Shown here: piece by piece, positions 33,275-43,461 of the stretch
How positions within the stretch are numbered: position 1 is the stretch's first letter
How the letters are laid out: each line of letters starts with the position of its first letter
Source of the DNA: an uncultured delta proteobacterium
GTDB lineage: Bacteria; Myxococcota_A; UBA9160; UBA4427
DNA length: 64,000 bases
Assembly: GCA_963822965.1 (NCBI GenBank)
Contig: CAWGJT010000006.1
Location: forward strand, 192,001 to 256,000
Direction: 5' to 3'
Translations under genes and position numbers: made by a program
The notes under the pieces: model-generated
Database searches by the model: none
What the model was told of the DNA's origin: nothing
Seen by the model: only the letters and a program-made list of their open reading frames with translations

Positions 33275-34948
33275 ATGAACGCAGCCGTGCTGGCCCTGAT
33301 CGTCGTGGCGATGTTCGCCGTCGGCTACCGCTACTACGCGGGCTTCCTCTCCCGGCGGGTCTTCGGCCTGTCCGCGGACGAGCCCGTGCCGGCGCGCCAG
33401 CACGAGGACGGCATCGACTACGTGCCCACCCGCGTCGAGGTGCTCTGGGGGCACCACTTCGCCTCGATCGCCGGGGCCGCACCGATCGTGGGCCCCGCCA
33501 TCGCGGTCATCTGGGGCTGGCTTCCGGCCCTGGTCTGGGTGGGGCTGGGAACCATCTTCATGGGCGCCACCCACGACTTCGCGGCCCTCGTGATCAGCCT
33601 GCGCAATCGCGGCCGTTCCATCGGCGAGATCGCGGGCAGCGTCGTCAACAAACGCACGCGCACCCTCTTCCTGCTGATCATCTCGTTCCTCATCTGGGTC
33701 GTGCTCGCCGTCTTCGCCTTCATCATCGGGACGCTCTTCAAGTCGAACCCGGGATCGATCTTCCCCATCAACATCCAGATCATCGTGTCCATGCTCATCG
33801 GGTGGCTGATCTACAAGCGCCAGTCGGGACTGCTGGCGCCCTCGCTGGTGGGCTACGCGCTGCTGCTGGGAGCCATCTTCTACGGGGACGCCGTCGCCCG
33901 GGCCTTCCCGGTGCTGGGCGAGATCTCGGTGCTCACCTGGGTGTGGCTGCTGCTCATCTACTCGTTCGCCGCCTCGGTGCTGCCGGTGTGGCTGCTGCTG
34001 CAGCCGCGCGACTACCTGAACTCCCACCAGCTGGTCACGGGGCTGGTGGTGCTCACCCTCGGCCTCGTCTTCCTGCACCCCACCATCGTGGCGCCCGCGG
34101 TCGATCTGCATCCACCGGGCGCGCCGCCCCTGTTTCCCTTCCTGTTCGTGACGATCGCCTGTGGCGCCATCTCGGGCTTCCACGGCCTGGTCGCCTCGGG
34201 CACCACCTCGAAGCAGGTGGGACGCATGACCGATGCACGCCCCATCGGCTACGGCGCGATGCTCGCCGAGGGCAGCCTCGGAATGCTGGCGGTGATGGCG
34301 GCGACGGCCGGCTTCGCGAGCACCGCGGAGTGGCACGTCCACTATGCGAGCTGGGGCGCCGCCAACGGCCTGGCCGCCAAGCTCGGCGCCTTCGTGAACG
34401 GTGGCGCGACCTTCGTCGCGGTCCTGGGAATTCCCGTGGAGGCCGCCCGCACCTTCATGGCGGTGATCGTGATCGCCTTCGCGGCGACGTCCCTCGACAC
34501 GGGCGCCCGTATCCAGCGCCTGGTGATCGCCGAGCTGGCCGAATCCTATGGGGTGCGGCCCCTCACGAACCGCTACCTGGCGAGCGCGTTGGGGATCGCG
34601 GCGGCGCTGCTGCTGGCGGTCACCCAGGCCAGCGGCGAGGGCGGCCTCGCCCTGTGGCCGCTGTTCGGAACCACCAACCAGCTGGTCGCCGGGGTCACCC
34701 TGCTGGTGGTGTCCGTGTGGCTCAAGAAGACGGGGCGCCCCATCGCCTACACGCTCGTCCCGATGGCCCTCGTCGCCTCGGTGACGATCTGGGCCATGCT
34801 CGGCAACCTGCTCGAGTACTTCGACGACTTCCAGCAGATGTGGCTGCTGGCGATCAGCGGCAGCCTGATCCTCGTGTTCGACGTCTGGATCCTGATCGAG
34901 GGGCTGCGCCTGATCGTCGCCCCGCGCCGCGTCCCCGCCGCGGCCTGA
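33275..34948 (+). CDS. cstA: carbon starvation protein A (peptide/pyruvate transporter)
   Basis: GHHFASIAGAAPIVGP, LLLQPRDYLNS, TIACGAISGFH, LWPLFGTTNQL. Confidence 0.95.
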   Translation: MNAAVLALIVVAMFAVGYRYYAGFLSRRVFGLSADEPVPARQHEDGIDYVPTRVEVLWGHHFASIAGAAPIVGPAIAVIWGWLPALVWVGLGTIFMGATHDFAALVISLRNRGRSIGEIAGSVVNKRTRTLFLLIISFLIWVVLAVFAFIIGTLFKSNPGSIFPINIQIIVSMLIGWLIYKRQSGLLAPSLVGYALLLGAIFYGDAVARAFPVLGEISVLTWVWLLLIYSFAASVLPVWLLLQPRDYLNSHQLVTGLVVLTLGLVFLHPTIVAPAVDLHPPGAPPLFPFLFVTIACGAISGFHGLVASGTTSKQVGRMTDARPIGYGAMLAEGSLGMLAVMAATAGFASTAEWHVHYASWGAANGLAAKLGAFVNGGATFVAVLGIPVEAARTFMAVIVIAFAATSLDTGARIQRLVIAELAESYGVRPLTNRYLASALGIAAALLLAVTQASGEGGLALWPLFGTTNQLVAGVTLLVVSVWLKKTGRPIAYTLVPMALVASVTIWAMLGNLLEYFDDFQQMWLLAISGSLILVFDVWILIEGLRLIVAPRRVPAAA

Positions 34949-35002
34949 GGGTCGGGCTCCGGCCCCACGATTCCGTTGCGACGCGAGCCGACCGTCCCGG
35001 TT

Positions 35003-35569
35003 CTAGGTGCGGCGGATCTCCTCGAGGCGGGTCTCGAGCAGATCGAGGTTCGCGGGGGCGGCGCCCGGGACGAGGGCCCGGATGACGCCCAGGTGCACCA
35101 CCAGCAGCAGGTCGGTCTCCGGGTGCCGCAGCCCGAGGGCGATCACGGCCCGCCGCACCCGGCCGCGCGCATCGCGCCGGGACTCGCCGCCGCCCGCCCG
35201 GGCGTCCGGGTCCTCGGATTCGAAGGCCAGCAGGGCCTCGGGATCGCGGGCGGCGATCTCGTCCCGGGTGAGCCCCGACCAGCGGCCCACGTCGATCTCC
35301 CGCAGCGCGGGCAGCCGCGTGGGCTGCTGGCCCAGGAGCGCGCCGATGAACGCCGACGTCTCGACGGCCCGCTGCAGGTCGCTGCACACGAGCCGGACGG
35401 GCCGGCCGCTCTGCGACACCTGCGCCACCACCGCCTCGGCCCGCGCTGCCGCGGCCTTCCGTCCCGCCTCGGACAGCGGGGGATCACCGTGGCCCTGCCA
35501 GCGGCGCGCGGCGTTCCAAAGCGACTCCGCGTGACGCAGCAGCCAGATGCAGGGCCCGTCGTCCACCAC
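35003..35569 (-). CDS. histidine phosphatase (phosphoglycerate mutase family)
   Basis: LLRHAES, WQGHGDPPLS, SDLQRAVET, LREIDVGRWSG, VVHLGVI. Confidence 0.88.
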   Translation of the reverse strand: MVDDGPCIWLLRHAESLWNAARRWQGHGDPPLSEAGRKAAAARAEAVVAQVSQSGRPVRLVCSDLQRAVETSAFIGALLGQQPTRLPALREIDVGRWSGLTRDEIAARDPEALLAFESEDPDARAGGGESRRDARGRVRRAVIALGLRHPETDLLLVVHLGVIRALVPGAAPANLDLLETRLEEIRRT

Positions 35570-35580
35570 GAACCGGCTCG

Positions 35581-36237
35581 CTAGCGCGCCCAGCGGCGCA
35601 TCGCCGGGACCAGCCAGGCGCTGAGTCCGGCCGCGAGCAGGATCGGCGTCGCGGTGTGCGCGCACAGCACGTGGAAGGCGCTCGTGGCCGGGCAGATGAG
35701 GTGGACGATCAGCGCACCCGCCGCGCCGCCGCCCAGCAGCACGGCGACGACCGTGAGCCCCGGGCGGCCCGCCCAGCCCCGGGCCGCGGCGACGAGCGCC
35801 GCCGCGACGGGGAGACCGGCGAACAGGGCGCCGTGCCAGAGGCAGACGAGGTTCTGCTGCAGCGACGTCGCGGGCCCCGTCCCTCCCCACACGGTCCCGC
35901 CCGCGGCCACCGCGACGGCGAGGGCGAGCCCCAGCAGCCCGATCCCGGCGGCCCCGCGCTCCAGCGCCTCGCGGCCCGGCACCACCGACGCCAGCGCCGT
36001 CGTGCAGGCGCCGACGACGGCCAGCGCGAGCCCCAGGAGCACACCGCTGAACGCCAGGCTCCGCAGGGACTCCACGCGATGGGCGGGCAGGCCGTAGGCG
36101 CCGACCGCCACGACCGCGACGAGCGCGGACACCGCGAGCAGCCACCCGAGCGTCCGTCCGATGGGCGCGATCGGGCGCACCGGCTGGAGCCCGGTCACCA
36201 GCTGCTCGATCAGATCCCGCGACGGATCGCTCGTCAT
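35581..36237 (-). CDS. NrsF-family membrane anti-sigma factor
   Basis: LIEQLVTGLQPVRP N-terminus, several TM helices, conserved Cys (LVCL, HLICP) and H; ATGA overlap with the sigma factor. Confidence 0.75.
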   Translation of the reverse strand: MTSDPSRDLIEQLVTGLQPVRPIAPIGRTLGWLLAVSALVAVVAVGAYGLPAHRVESLRSLAFSGVLLGLALAVVGACTTALASVVPGREALERGAAGIGLLGLALAVAVAAGGTVWGGTGPATSLQQNLVCLWHGALFAGLPVAAALVAAARGWAGRPGLTVVAVLLGGGAAGALIVHLICPATSAFHVLCAHTATPILLAAGLSAWLVPAMRRWAR

Positions 36238-36860
36238 CGTCGCAACCGCCCTTCGCTGCTCTCGAGCTTCGCTCGCAGGGCCCGGTAGCCGCGATGCGCG
36301 CGCACCTTGAGGGCGCCCGGGGAGACGCCGGCCCGCAGCGCGGCCTCGGCCACCGACAGGCCGTGGAGGTGGATCAGCTCGACGGCTTCCCGCTGGTTGG
36401 CGGGCAGCGCCGCCAGTGCGGCGGCCAGCGGGCCCGCCAGCTCGTCCGAGCCCGGCTCGCGATCGGCCGACGGATGGGCGAACAGATCGGGCTCCTCGAC
36501 GGCCAGCTCGCGCCGGGTGCGGCGACCCCGCTCGCGGAACCAATCGATCATGCAGTGGCGCACCACGGTGCGCATCCAGGGCCCGAACGGTCGCTCGGGT
36601 CGGTAGGTGTGGCGCCCGCGATGGATCGCGATCAGCGCATTCTGCACCACGTCCTCCGCGTCGGCGGGAGCGGAGATCCGGCTCCGCACCTGCCTTCGCA
36701 CGAAGGGCAGCACGTCCTCCAGGAGCATCCGGTAGGCATCCTGATCGCCCGCCTGAGCCGCGGCCATGGCGGCACCCCAACGATCCTCGCCGTCGGCGGG
36801 CCCGGACGCGTCGGCGGCCGCAACGCCCCGCTCCGGATCGCCACTGCCTTCGTAGGCCAC
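36234..36860 (-). CDS. ECF sigma factor (SigF/EcfF-like)
   Basis: AAQAGDQDAY, DAEDVVQNAL..HTYRPERPFGPW, ALKVRAHRGY. Confidence 0.9.
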   Translation of the reverse strand: MAYEGSGDPERGVAAADASGPADGEDRWGAAMAAAQAGDQDAYRMLLEDVLPFVRRQVRSRISAPADAEDVVQNALIAIHRGRHTYRPERPFGPWMRTVVRHCMIDWFRERGRRTRRELAVEEPDLFAHPSADREPGSDELAGPLAAALAALPANQREAVELIHLHGLSVAEAALRAGVSPGALKVRAHRGYRALRAKLESSEGRLRR

Positions 36861-36861
36861 C

Positions 36862-36887
36862 TACGCTCCCGTGCTGCAGTCGGTTAC
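36862..36887 (-). promoter_or_regulatory. putative autoregulatory ECF promoter GTAACC-N16-CGTA
   Basis: Matches the recalled SigF/NrsF-type consensus, but sits almost on the predicted GTG start, so the start site is uncertain. Confidence 0.45.
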
Positions 36888-37014
36888 GGGGATCTCGCCG
36901 GCGATCACGGCCAGCCGGTGCGGGCCCGAATCCGGCGGAGGGCAAGCATAGACGATCGCGGGAAGCGGCCGATTCCAGCAGCTTCGTCCTCGGGCTTCGT
37001 TACCATGCGCGCCG

Positions 37015-38436
37015 ATGGCCGAACCGACCTGGCTCTCCCTGCTGCCGGCGCTCGTGACGATCGGCCTCGCGTTCGGCACGCGCCAGGTGATTCCCTCCCT
37101 GCTCGCGGGCATCCTGACGGGGTCCGCGGTGCTCTTCGCCGACAGCGGCGACCTCGCGGACCTCAATCCCATCAGCCGGCTCTTCCTGCCCGCCCTGGGC
37201 TCCGAGTCCTACGCCCAGATCCTGCTCATCTATCTCTGGTGCCTCGGCGGCCTGATCGGCTTGTGGGGGCACACGGGCGCGGCCCGACACTTCGCCCACT
37301 GGGTGGGCGACCAGCTCTCGGGCAGCCGCCGCTCGTCGCTCTTCTTCGCCTGGGTCCTCGGGTGCGTATTCCACCAGGGCGGCACGGTGAGCACGGTGCT
37401 GACCGGCTCCACCGTAAAGCCCGTGGCCGACACCAACGGAGTGAGCCACGAAGAGCTCTCCTACATCGTGGACTCGACCTCCTCGCCCGTCGCGACCATC
37501 CTGCCCTTCAACGCCTGGCCGGCCTTCGTCGCCGGGCTGGTGGCCGGAACGGTCCCCGTGATCGCGGATTCCGCTGCGGGAACGCGCTTCTTCTTCGCTT
37601 CCATCTGGTACAACTTCTACGCCTGGTTCGCGGTGATCTCGACGCTGCTCTTCTCCCTCGGGCTGCTCCCCTGGGTGGGCGGGGCGATGGCGCGAGCGAG
37701 GGAACGGGCCATCGGCCAGGGCCGACTCGACGGTCCCGACGCCCGCCCGATGCTGGTGGGCTCGGGCGAGCCCGAGGGCCACGCCGTGGAGGGCTACACG
37801 CCCCGGCTGTCGGACTTCCTGGTGCCCCTCGGGCTGCTGCTCTCCATCAGCGTGATTCCGATCCTGCTCGGCGGGGCCAGCCGCATCAACGAGGCCTTCG
37901 CGATCGCCGTGCTGGCGGCCATGGTGCTCGCCGCCGTTCACGGGATGCGGCTGGACGACATCCTCGACGGCTTCGTCACGGGCTGCAGCCGCATGACGAT
38001 CGGGGCCATCGTGCTCGGCCTGGCGGTCACCATCGGGACGGTCTCCCGGGAGCTGCACACGGCGGACTACCTGGTGAGCACCGTGGGCCAGGGACTGCCC
38101 CCGCTGCTGCTGCCGGCCCTCCTCATGGGCCTGTGCATGCTGATCGCCTTCGCGACGGGCACCTCGTGGGGGACGTATGCGGTGGTCTTCCCGATCGCGA
38201 TGCCGCTGGCCTGGGCCATGCAGCCCGACGTGGCCTACCTCGAGGTGTGCTTCGGCGCCGTGCTCGGCGGCGCGGTCTTCGGCGACCAGTGCTCTCCCAT
38301 CTCCGACACCACGATCCTGTCGAGCATGTTCACCGGCTGCGATCTGATGGATCACGTGCGCACCCAGCTTCCCATGGCCCTGGCCGCAGCCGGCCTGGCC
38401 GCACTCACCTCGACGCTCGTCGCGGCGATCGTCTGA
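37015..38436 (+). CDS. NhaC-family Na+/H+ antiporter-like transporter
   Basis: ELSYIVDSTSSP, FATGTSWGT, GAVFGDQCSPISDTTILSS, DHVRTQLP. Confidence 0.88.
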   Translation: MAEPTWLSLLPALVTIGLAFGTRQVIPSLLAGILTGSAVLFADSGDLADLNPISRLFLPALGSESYAQILLIYLWCLGGLIGLWGHTGAARHFAHWVGDQLSGSRRSSLFFAWVLGCVFHQGGTVSTVLTGSTVKPVADTNGVSHEELSYIVDSTSSPVATILPFNAWPAFVAGLVAGTVPVIADSAAGTRFFFASIWYNFYAWFAVISTLLFSLGLLPWVGGAMARARERAIGQGRLDGPDARPMLVGSGEPEGHAVEGYTPRLSDFLVPLGLLLSISVIPILLGGASRINEAFAIAVLAAMVLAAVHGMRLDDILDGFVTGCSRMTIGAIVLGLAVTIGTVSRELHTADYLVSTVGQGLPPLLLPALLMGLCMLIAFATGTSWGTYAVVFPIAMPLAWAMQPDVAYLEVCFGAVLGGAVFGDQCSPISDTTILSSMFTGCDLMDHVRTQLPMALAAAGLAALTSTLVAAIV

Positions 38437-38553
38437 GCGCTCTCCGCGCGCGGTACCGGCCGCGAGCCGCCCCGACACCTGCCGCAAAAGCACCCCGCTT
38501 GCTGCCACAAAGCTCCCTGCCCGCCCACTGATTACCGGGGGGCGGGGGCCGAT

Positions 38554-38856
38554 GTGGATCGTCGCCGTTTCGATCATCTCTACGAGGAGCTCTCGGTGGC
38601 CCTCGGCCAGCTCGTGCCGCGTTATGCGCTCTGGCTGCACATGGCCGAGGTGGGGCTCGACCCCGAGCGGCTGTCCCGGGTGGACGCGACGCGCTTCTGC
38701 CGGGACCACCTGGCGGGCTTCCTGGCCTCCCAGCGCCTGATCCTTCCGGAGCGCCAGGCGCGCCGCCTGGGCCGGCGCATGGCGCGCTTCGACCCGTGCC
38801 ATCCCACCCCCTACGAGCACATGGCGCGCCTGGGCGAGCGACCCGGACCCCGCTGA
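38554..38856 (+). CDS. hypothetical protein
   Basis: 100-aa ORF with GC3-biased codons filling the gap. Confidence 0.6.
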   Translation: MDRRRFDHLYEELSVALGQLVPRYALWLHMAEVGLDPERLSRVDATRFCRDHLAGFLASQRLILPERQARRLGRRMARFDPCHPTPYEHMARLGERPGPR

Positions 38857-38942
38857 GCAGACGCCCCCTTTCCCCCCGGGCTACGCGTTCCGCCCCTCAA
38901 GGTCCTGCGGGCGGCCACCGATCCGATCCGGCGGGGGGCTTC

Positions 38943-39683
38943 ATGTTCAACCGCGGATGCGTCGCGAATCCGGTCATGCTGATCGAGGGCTTTCCGGGCC
39001 AGTTCAACGATCTGGCGCGACGGATCCGTCTGCAGGGCGCGGAGCCCGTGACGGCCGACGGTCTCGCCGACGCCACGATCCTGATGCCCATCGGCGAGCA
39101 GGGCGTCGCGGCCGTGCTGCTGGATGCCGGCCTGGCCAGCCGCGCCCTCAAGAAGGAGGTCTCGCGGCTGCGCGCGGCGGCGGGCTCCCTCGAGCTCTTC
39201 CTGCTGGCCGTGGGCCAGCCCGCGTCTTCGGCCGGTCGCAAGAAGCTTCGCGCCGCAGGCATCCGCTACGCCCTGTGGGAGCCCTTCGACGACGCGGTCC
39301 TCCGCTTCCAGCTCAACCGGGCGTGGAACGCGGACCGGGACGACCACAAGCGCGCCAGCCCGCGCATTCCCACCTACCTGCACGCGCAGATCGGCGGCAC
39401 CCAGCGCGTGAAGGACGGCGTGGTGTACAGCCTGTCGCTGCAGGGGGCGTTCGTGGAGACCTCCCGCGCCTCCATGTCCGGCGCGGTGGTCGACATCGCC
39501 ATCCGGCTGCCCGGCTGCTTCATCGAGACCAAGGCCCGGGTCGTCTTCGCCAACGTACCGGGCAACCTGCAGCGGCCGAACCTTCCCCTGGGCATGGCCG
39601 TGCGCTTCGAGCGTCTCGACTCGGACACCGAGCGCAAGCTCAAGTCCTACGTGAAGGATCGCATGGCCCAGCTCGAGGTCTGA
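38943..39683 (+). CDS. degenerate receiver + PilZ domain protein
   Basis: C-terminal RASPR...SLSLQGAFVET...GMAVRFERL; N-terminal REC-like AVLLD. Confidence 0.75.
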   Translation: MFNRGCVANPVMLIEGFPGQFNDLARRIRLQGAEPVTADGLADATILMPIGEQGVAAVLLDAGLASRALKKEVSRLRAAAGSLELFLLAVGQPASSAGRKKLRAAGIRYALWEPFDDAVLRFQLNRAWNADRDDHKRASPRIPTYLHAQIGGTQRVKDGVVYSLSLQGAFVETSRASMSGAVVDIAIRLPGCFIETKARVVFANVPGNLQRPNLPLGMAVRFERLDSDTERKLKSYVKDRMAQLEV

Positions 39684-40299
39684 GCGGGGCGAGGCGCTGC
39701 GGCAGCCCGAAGAGCGCCCGTAGCGCCCGGGCCCGGTGGGAGATCTCGTTCTTCGTCTCCTGCGACAGCTCCGCCAGGGAGAGGTCGTAGCCGTCGGGCT
39801 GGAAGATCGGGTCGTAGCCGAAGCCGCCTCGCCCGCGCGGCGCCTCCAGGAGGCTTCCGGCGCACTCGCCCCGGGCGGTGGTGACGGCTCCGTCGGGCGC
39901 GGCGAGCGCCATGTGGCACACGAACCGGGCCCGCCGGCTCGCACCCGAACGGGCCGCGAGCTCGCGCAGCAGGTACCGGCAGCGCCCGGCGTCGTCGAGC
40001 CCCTCGCCGCCGAACCGCGCCGAGTACGCACCCGGTGCGCCCCCGAGCGCCTCCACCTCGAGACCCGAGTCGTCTGCCAGCGCCCAGTCGCCGAGGCGGG
40101 CCGCCGCCGCGCGCGCCTTCGCCGCCGCGTTCTGCGCGTAGTCTCCGCCCTCTTCGGGGAAGTCCACCGGCACAAGCCCCTCGAGCCCGCACAGCACGAG
40201 ATCCCGATCCGCCAGGATGTCGGCGATCTCGCGCACCTTGCCGGGGTTGCTGGTGGCGATGACGACGCGCGCACCGGGGGGCAGGGAAGCCGTGGCCAC
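39640..40299 (-). CDS. rdgB: non-canonical purine NTP pyrophosphatase
   Basis: ATSNPGKVRE, ALADDSGL, GFGYDPIF, KNEISHRARA; directly follows rph. Confidence 0.94.
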   Translation of the reverse strand: MATASLPPGARVVIATSNPGKVREIADILADRDLVLCGLEGLVPVDFPEEGGDYAQNAAAKARAAAARLGDWALADDSGLEVEALGGAPGAYSARFGGEGLDDAGRCRYLLRELAARSGASRRARFVCHMALAAPDGAVTTARGECAGSLLEAPRGRGGFGYDPIFQPDGYDLSLAELSQETKNEISHRARALRALFGLPQRLAPLRPRAGPCDPSRRT

Positions 40300-40307
40300 G
40301 CCGCCGC

Positions 40308-41039
40308 TCAGTGCGCGGCGGACGCGAGGGCGCTCTGCTGCAGGCGCCCCAGCTCCTCGATGCCGCGCAGGGCCAGGTCGGTCAGGGAACGCAGCTCGTC
40401 CGCGCTGAACGTCGCGCCCTCCCCCGTCCCCTGCACCTCGATGAAGCGGCCGCTCCCGGTGGCGACGACGTTCATGTCCACGTCGGCGCGGGCGTCCTCC
40501 TCGTACGGGAGGTCGAGGCGGACCTCGCCGTCGACGATGCCCACCGAGATGGCCGCCACCGAATCGCGCAGGGGATCGCGAGAGACGTCGCCCCGGGCAC
40601 GGAGTCGACGGCAGGCGATCGCCAGCGCCGTGTAGGCGCCGGTGATGGCGGCCGTCCTCGTCCCGCCGTCCGCCTGCAGGACGTCGCAGTCCACCCACAA
40701 CGTGCGTTCGCCGAGCGCCGGCAAGTCGGCGACCGCGCGCAGGCTGCGCCCGATGAGCCGCTGGATCTCCTGGGTGCGACCCGACACCTTGCCCCGGGTC
40801 GACTCGCGCTCGCTGCGGGTGTCCGTGCTGCCGGGCAACATGGCGTATTCGGCCGTGATCCAGCCCTGCCCGCTGCCGCGGAGCCAGCGCGGCACCGTCG
40901 CCTCCTCGGTAACGGTGCACAGCACCCGCGTGCGGCCCAGGCAGCACAGCACGCTGCCGAGGGGATTCTCGGTGAAGTCGAGCTGCAGCTCGACCGGCCG
41001 CAGCTCGTCGCTCCGGCGTCCGTCGCGTCTCGGCTTCAC
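40308..41039 (-). CDS. rph: ribonuclease PH
   Basis: [47 protein letters not shown]. Confidence 0.97.
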   Translation of the reverse strand: MKPRRDGRRSDELRPVELQLDFTENPLGSVLCCLGRTRVLCTVTEEATVPRWLRGSGQGWITAEYAMLPGSTDTRSERESTRGKVSGRTQEIQRLIGRSLRAVADLPALGERTLWVDCDVLQADGGTRTAAITGAYTALAIACRRLRARGDVSRDPLRDSVAAISVGIVDGEVRLDLPYEEDARADVDMNVVATGSGRFIEVQGTGEGATFSADELRSLTDLALRGIEELGRLQQSALASAAH

Positions 41040-41935
41040 GGTGCCCTCTCTTCGCCCGGCTCGTCCGGCCCGCGCTTCGTCGTGAAGGCCGAGGAGCGCG
41101 CGTGCAGCTCGTCCGACCCCCACCGCGCCACGCCCCGGGTGCGATCGTAGTCCGCCCCGAAGGCGAGCACCGCCTTCGCGAGGGCGGTCGCGATGGCGTT
41201 CCGGTGCTTCGTCGTGCGCAGGGCCTTCTCGTCGGCGCGGTTGCTGAGAAAGCCGATCTCCACCAGCGCGGCCGGCATGCGCACGCCCATCAACACGACG
41301 AAGGGCGCCTGCTTGATGCCGCGCGAGGGAACGGGATCGACCCCGACCAGCTCGGCGTGAGCGAGCTTCGCGAACAGACTCGACTCTCGCACGTGCTCGT
41401 TGACGGCCATGTCGCCCAGGATCGCCGCCAGCGGATCGAGTCGCAGGGAGGCGGGCGCCGACGCGCCCAGCGCCTGGTTCTCCCGGTCGGCGAGCTCGCC
41501 GCTCCAGTCGTCGCTCGCCTCGAGCGACACGAAGTAGGTCTCGATGCCCCGAGGCTTCGGGCTGGGTGCGGAGTTCGCGTGGATCGAGAGAAAGAGATCG
41601 CCGCGGGCGTCATTCGCCACCGCGGTCCGCGTCTCCAGCGGCACGAAGCGATCCCCGTCGCGGGTGAGGACCACGCGGATTCCGTGGGCTCGGAGCTGCG
41701 CGGTGAGCCGACGGGCGACGTCGAGAACGATCTGCTTCTCCACGAGGCCGCTGGCGCCGCGCGCCCCCTCGTCCTCGCCGCCGTGGCCGGCGTCGACGAT
41801 CACCACGTCGAAGCGGTCGTGCGCGGGCTCGGGCTCGGAGCCCCGAGCGGTCGGCCCGGGTGCGACGAGCCAGAGCACGCCGCCCACGACGAGCGCTCGC
41901 AGAACGGAGACGTGGCATCTCGACGTCAAGCGCAC
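41036..41935 (-). CDS. N-acetylmuramoyl-L-alanine amidase (Amidase_3)
   Basis: Signal-like N-terminus, [27 protein letters not shown]. Confidence 0.92.
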   Translation of the reverse strand: MRLTSRCHVSVLRALVVGGVLWLVAPGPTARGSEPEPAHDRFDVVIVDAGHGGEDEGARGASGLVEKQIVLDVARRLTAQLRAHGIRVVLTRDGDRFVPLETRTAVANDARGDLFLSIHANSAPSPKPRGIETYFVSLEASDDWSGELADRENQALGASAPASLRLDPLAAILGDMAVNEHVRESSLFAKLAHAELVGVDPVPSRGIKQAPFVVLMGVRMPAALVEIGFLSNRADEKALRTTKHRNAIATALAKAVLAFGADYDRTRGVARWGSDELHARSSAFTTKRGPDEPGEERAP

Positions 41936-42074
41936 CCCCCGTCGCCGAGCTTACCACGCCCGCCCTCGGCGCCAGAGTCACGGCGAGCCCCCGCGGCGTC
42001 GCGACGAGACCGACCTGGCAGGCCGACCCAGGATGGGTCGACTTGCGCCGCAAGACTCGTCTTCGGTCGCGCTC

Positions 42075-42881
42075 CTAGTGGTTGGCGGCGAGATCGGGGA
42101 CGTGCGACGGCTCGATGCCCCGGCGGACGGAGTACTCGGCGTGCTGGCCGAATACCTTCAAGGGCACCCAGCTCGGCAGCTCGGACATGTGCGGCATGCC
42201 CGTCGTCATGGCGCCGGTGGGATCGATCACCCAGGGATCGTCCGGATTCTCGAACCAGAAGGTCACCATGTGGTGCTGGCCGTCGGAGGGCCGATACACG
42301 ATGGCTCGGAAGACCTCGTCGTCCCGGAAGCCGAGCTCCCGCAGCCCCTGGAACGCGAGCAGCTCGAGGCCGTCGCAGTCGTCCCCGTCGGCACGCAGGG
42401 TCTCTTCCAGGGTCGCCCAGTGATCGATCGGGCCGTCGGGCACGTAGTGCTCCTTCGCCTCGGCCTGCACCCAGGCGGCGAAATCCCGTGCAATGGCCCG
42501 CTTGTGGTCTCCGAGGAACGCGGCGTACTTGCTTCGCAGGCTCGCCCCGTCGGACTCCCGGGCGCGTTCCGGAAGCGGGCTGCCCGCCAGACCTCGGCCC
42601 GCCTCGGGGCGGGCTCCGTCGGCGCGCGCTTCGGCGGCTCGTGCATCGGCGCCCGGCTCGGCGACCGGCGGCAGGGCGGACCACAGCTCGACGGGCTCCG
42701 CGAGCTCGCGCCGCTGCCAGCCGGCGATCTTGGGACTCCACGCATCGGTCGGGGACGGCGGCTGGAAGTAGTCGAAGTGGCTGGCCGGGGTGAGCACCAG
42801 GCCCGCGCAGCCCAGTCCCAGGGAGAGGCCCAGGACGAGGAGCCCGAGCAGGGGGGACGAGGTGCCGAGCGCTCCACGCAT
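42075..42881 (-). CDS. transglutaminase-like cysteine peptidase (BTLCP-like) lipoprotein
   Basis: Lipobox-like LGLGC; DHWATLEETL..GDDCDG, HHMV, WVIDPT Cys-His-Asp triad. Confidence 0.65.
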   Translation of the reverse strand: MRGALGTSSPLLGLLVLGLSLGLGCAGLVLTPASHFDYFQPPSPTDAWSPKIAGWQRRELAEPVELWSALPPVAEPGADARAAEARADGARPEAGRGLAGSPLPERARESDGASLRSKYAAFLGDHKRAIARDFAAWVQAEAKEHYVPDGPIDHWATLEETLRADGDDCDGLELLAFQGLRELGFRDDEVFRAIVYRPSDGQHHMVTFWFENPDDPWVIDPTGAMTTGMPHMSELPSWVPLKVFGQHAEYSVRRGIEPSHVPDLAANH

Positions 42882-43101
42882 TACCGGCGTGATCGGCATG
42901 GACGGGCCAGAAGTTGAGCGATTCCAGCAAGTTCCGGCTAGACAACGGCAGCGTGTCGGGGCGGGCGGCGGGTCGCCGCGCGGGCGTTGCCGAGCAGGAC
43001 CGGGGCGATCGCGCCGATTCTGCACACCCGTGAGCCGGCAGCGCGGACGGACCGGAAGCGAGGAGGGGTCGGCGCCGGATGTCCGGCAGCGCGAGGAGGC
43101 C

Positions 43102-43260
43102 TCAGGCGGGAATCATCACGTTCATCTGATCGCAGGCCCCCGTCAGGAGGAAGAGGATCAGGAAGAACGCGATCAGGGCCGGGATGCCGCCGAGCACGTA
43201 CAGGTAGGAGCCGAGATCGTCGTTCCGCTCGTTCTCGTCCTGCTTGCGCTCTTCGGGCAT
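43102..43260 (-). CDS. 52-aa single-pass membrane protein
   Basis: Not in the track. AAGGAG RBS; MPEERKQDENERNDDLGSYLYVLGGIPALIAFFLILFLLTGACDQMNVMIPA*; strong GC3 bias. Confidence 0.72.
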   Translation of the reverse strand: MPEERKQDENERNDDLGSYLYVLGGIPALIAFFLILFLLTGACDQMNVMIPA

Positions 43261-43461
43261 GGAAGGGCTCCTTCTGGCTCTCTCTTGGCTCTCTAACCTG
43301 GCTACCCGGCTACCTGGCTCCGTTTGGCTCTACCTGACCACCAGGCTCTCGTGGGGGCTTCCGGACCGCCCCCCGAGGTGCGGCGAAGTTAGCGACCCCC
43401 TCGCGCCCTGCACCCCCCAGCAACGATTTGTGGCGGCGGACCCCGGCTCGGGCCTCCCCGT

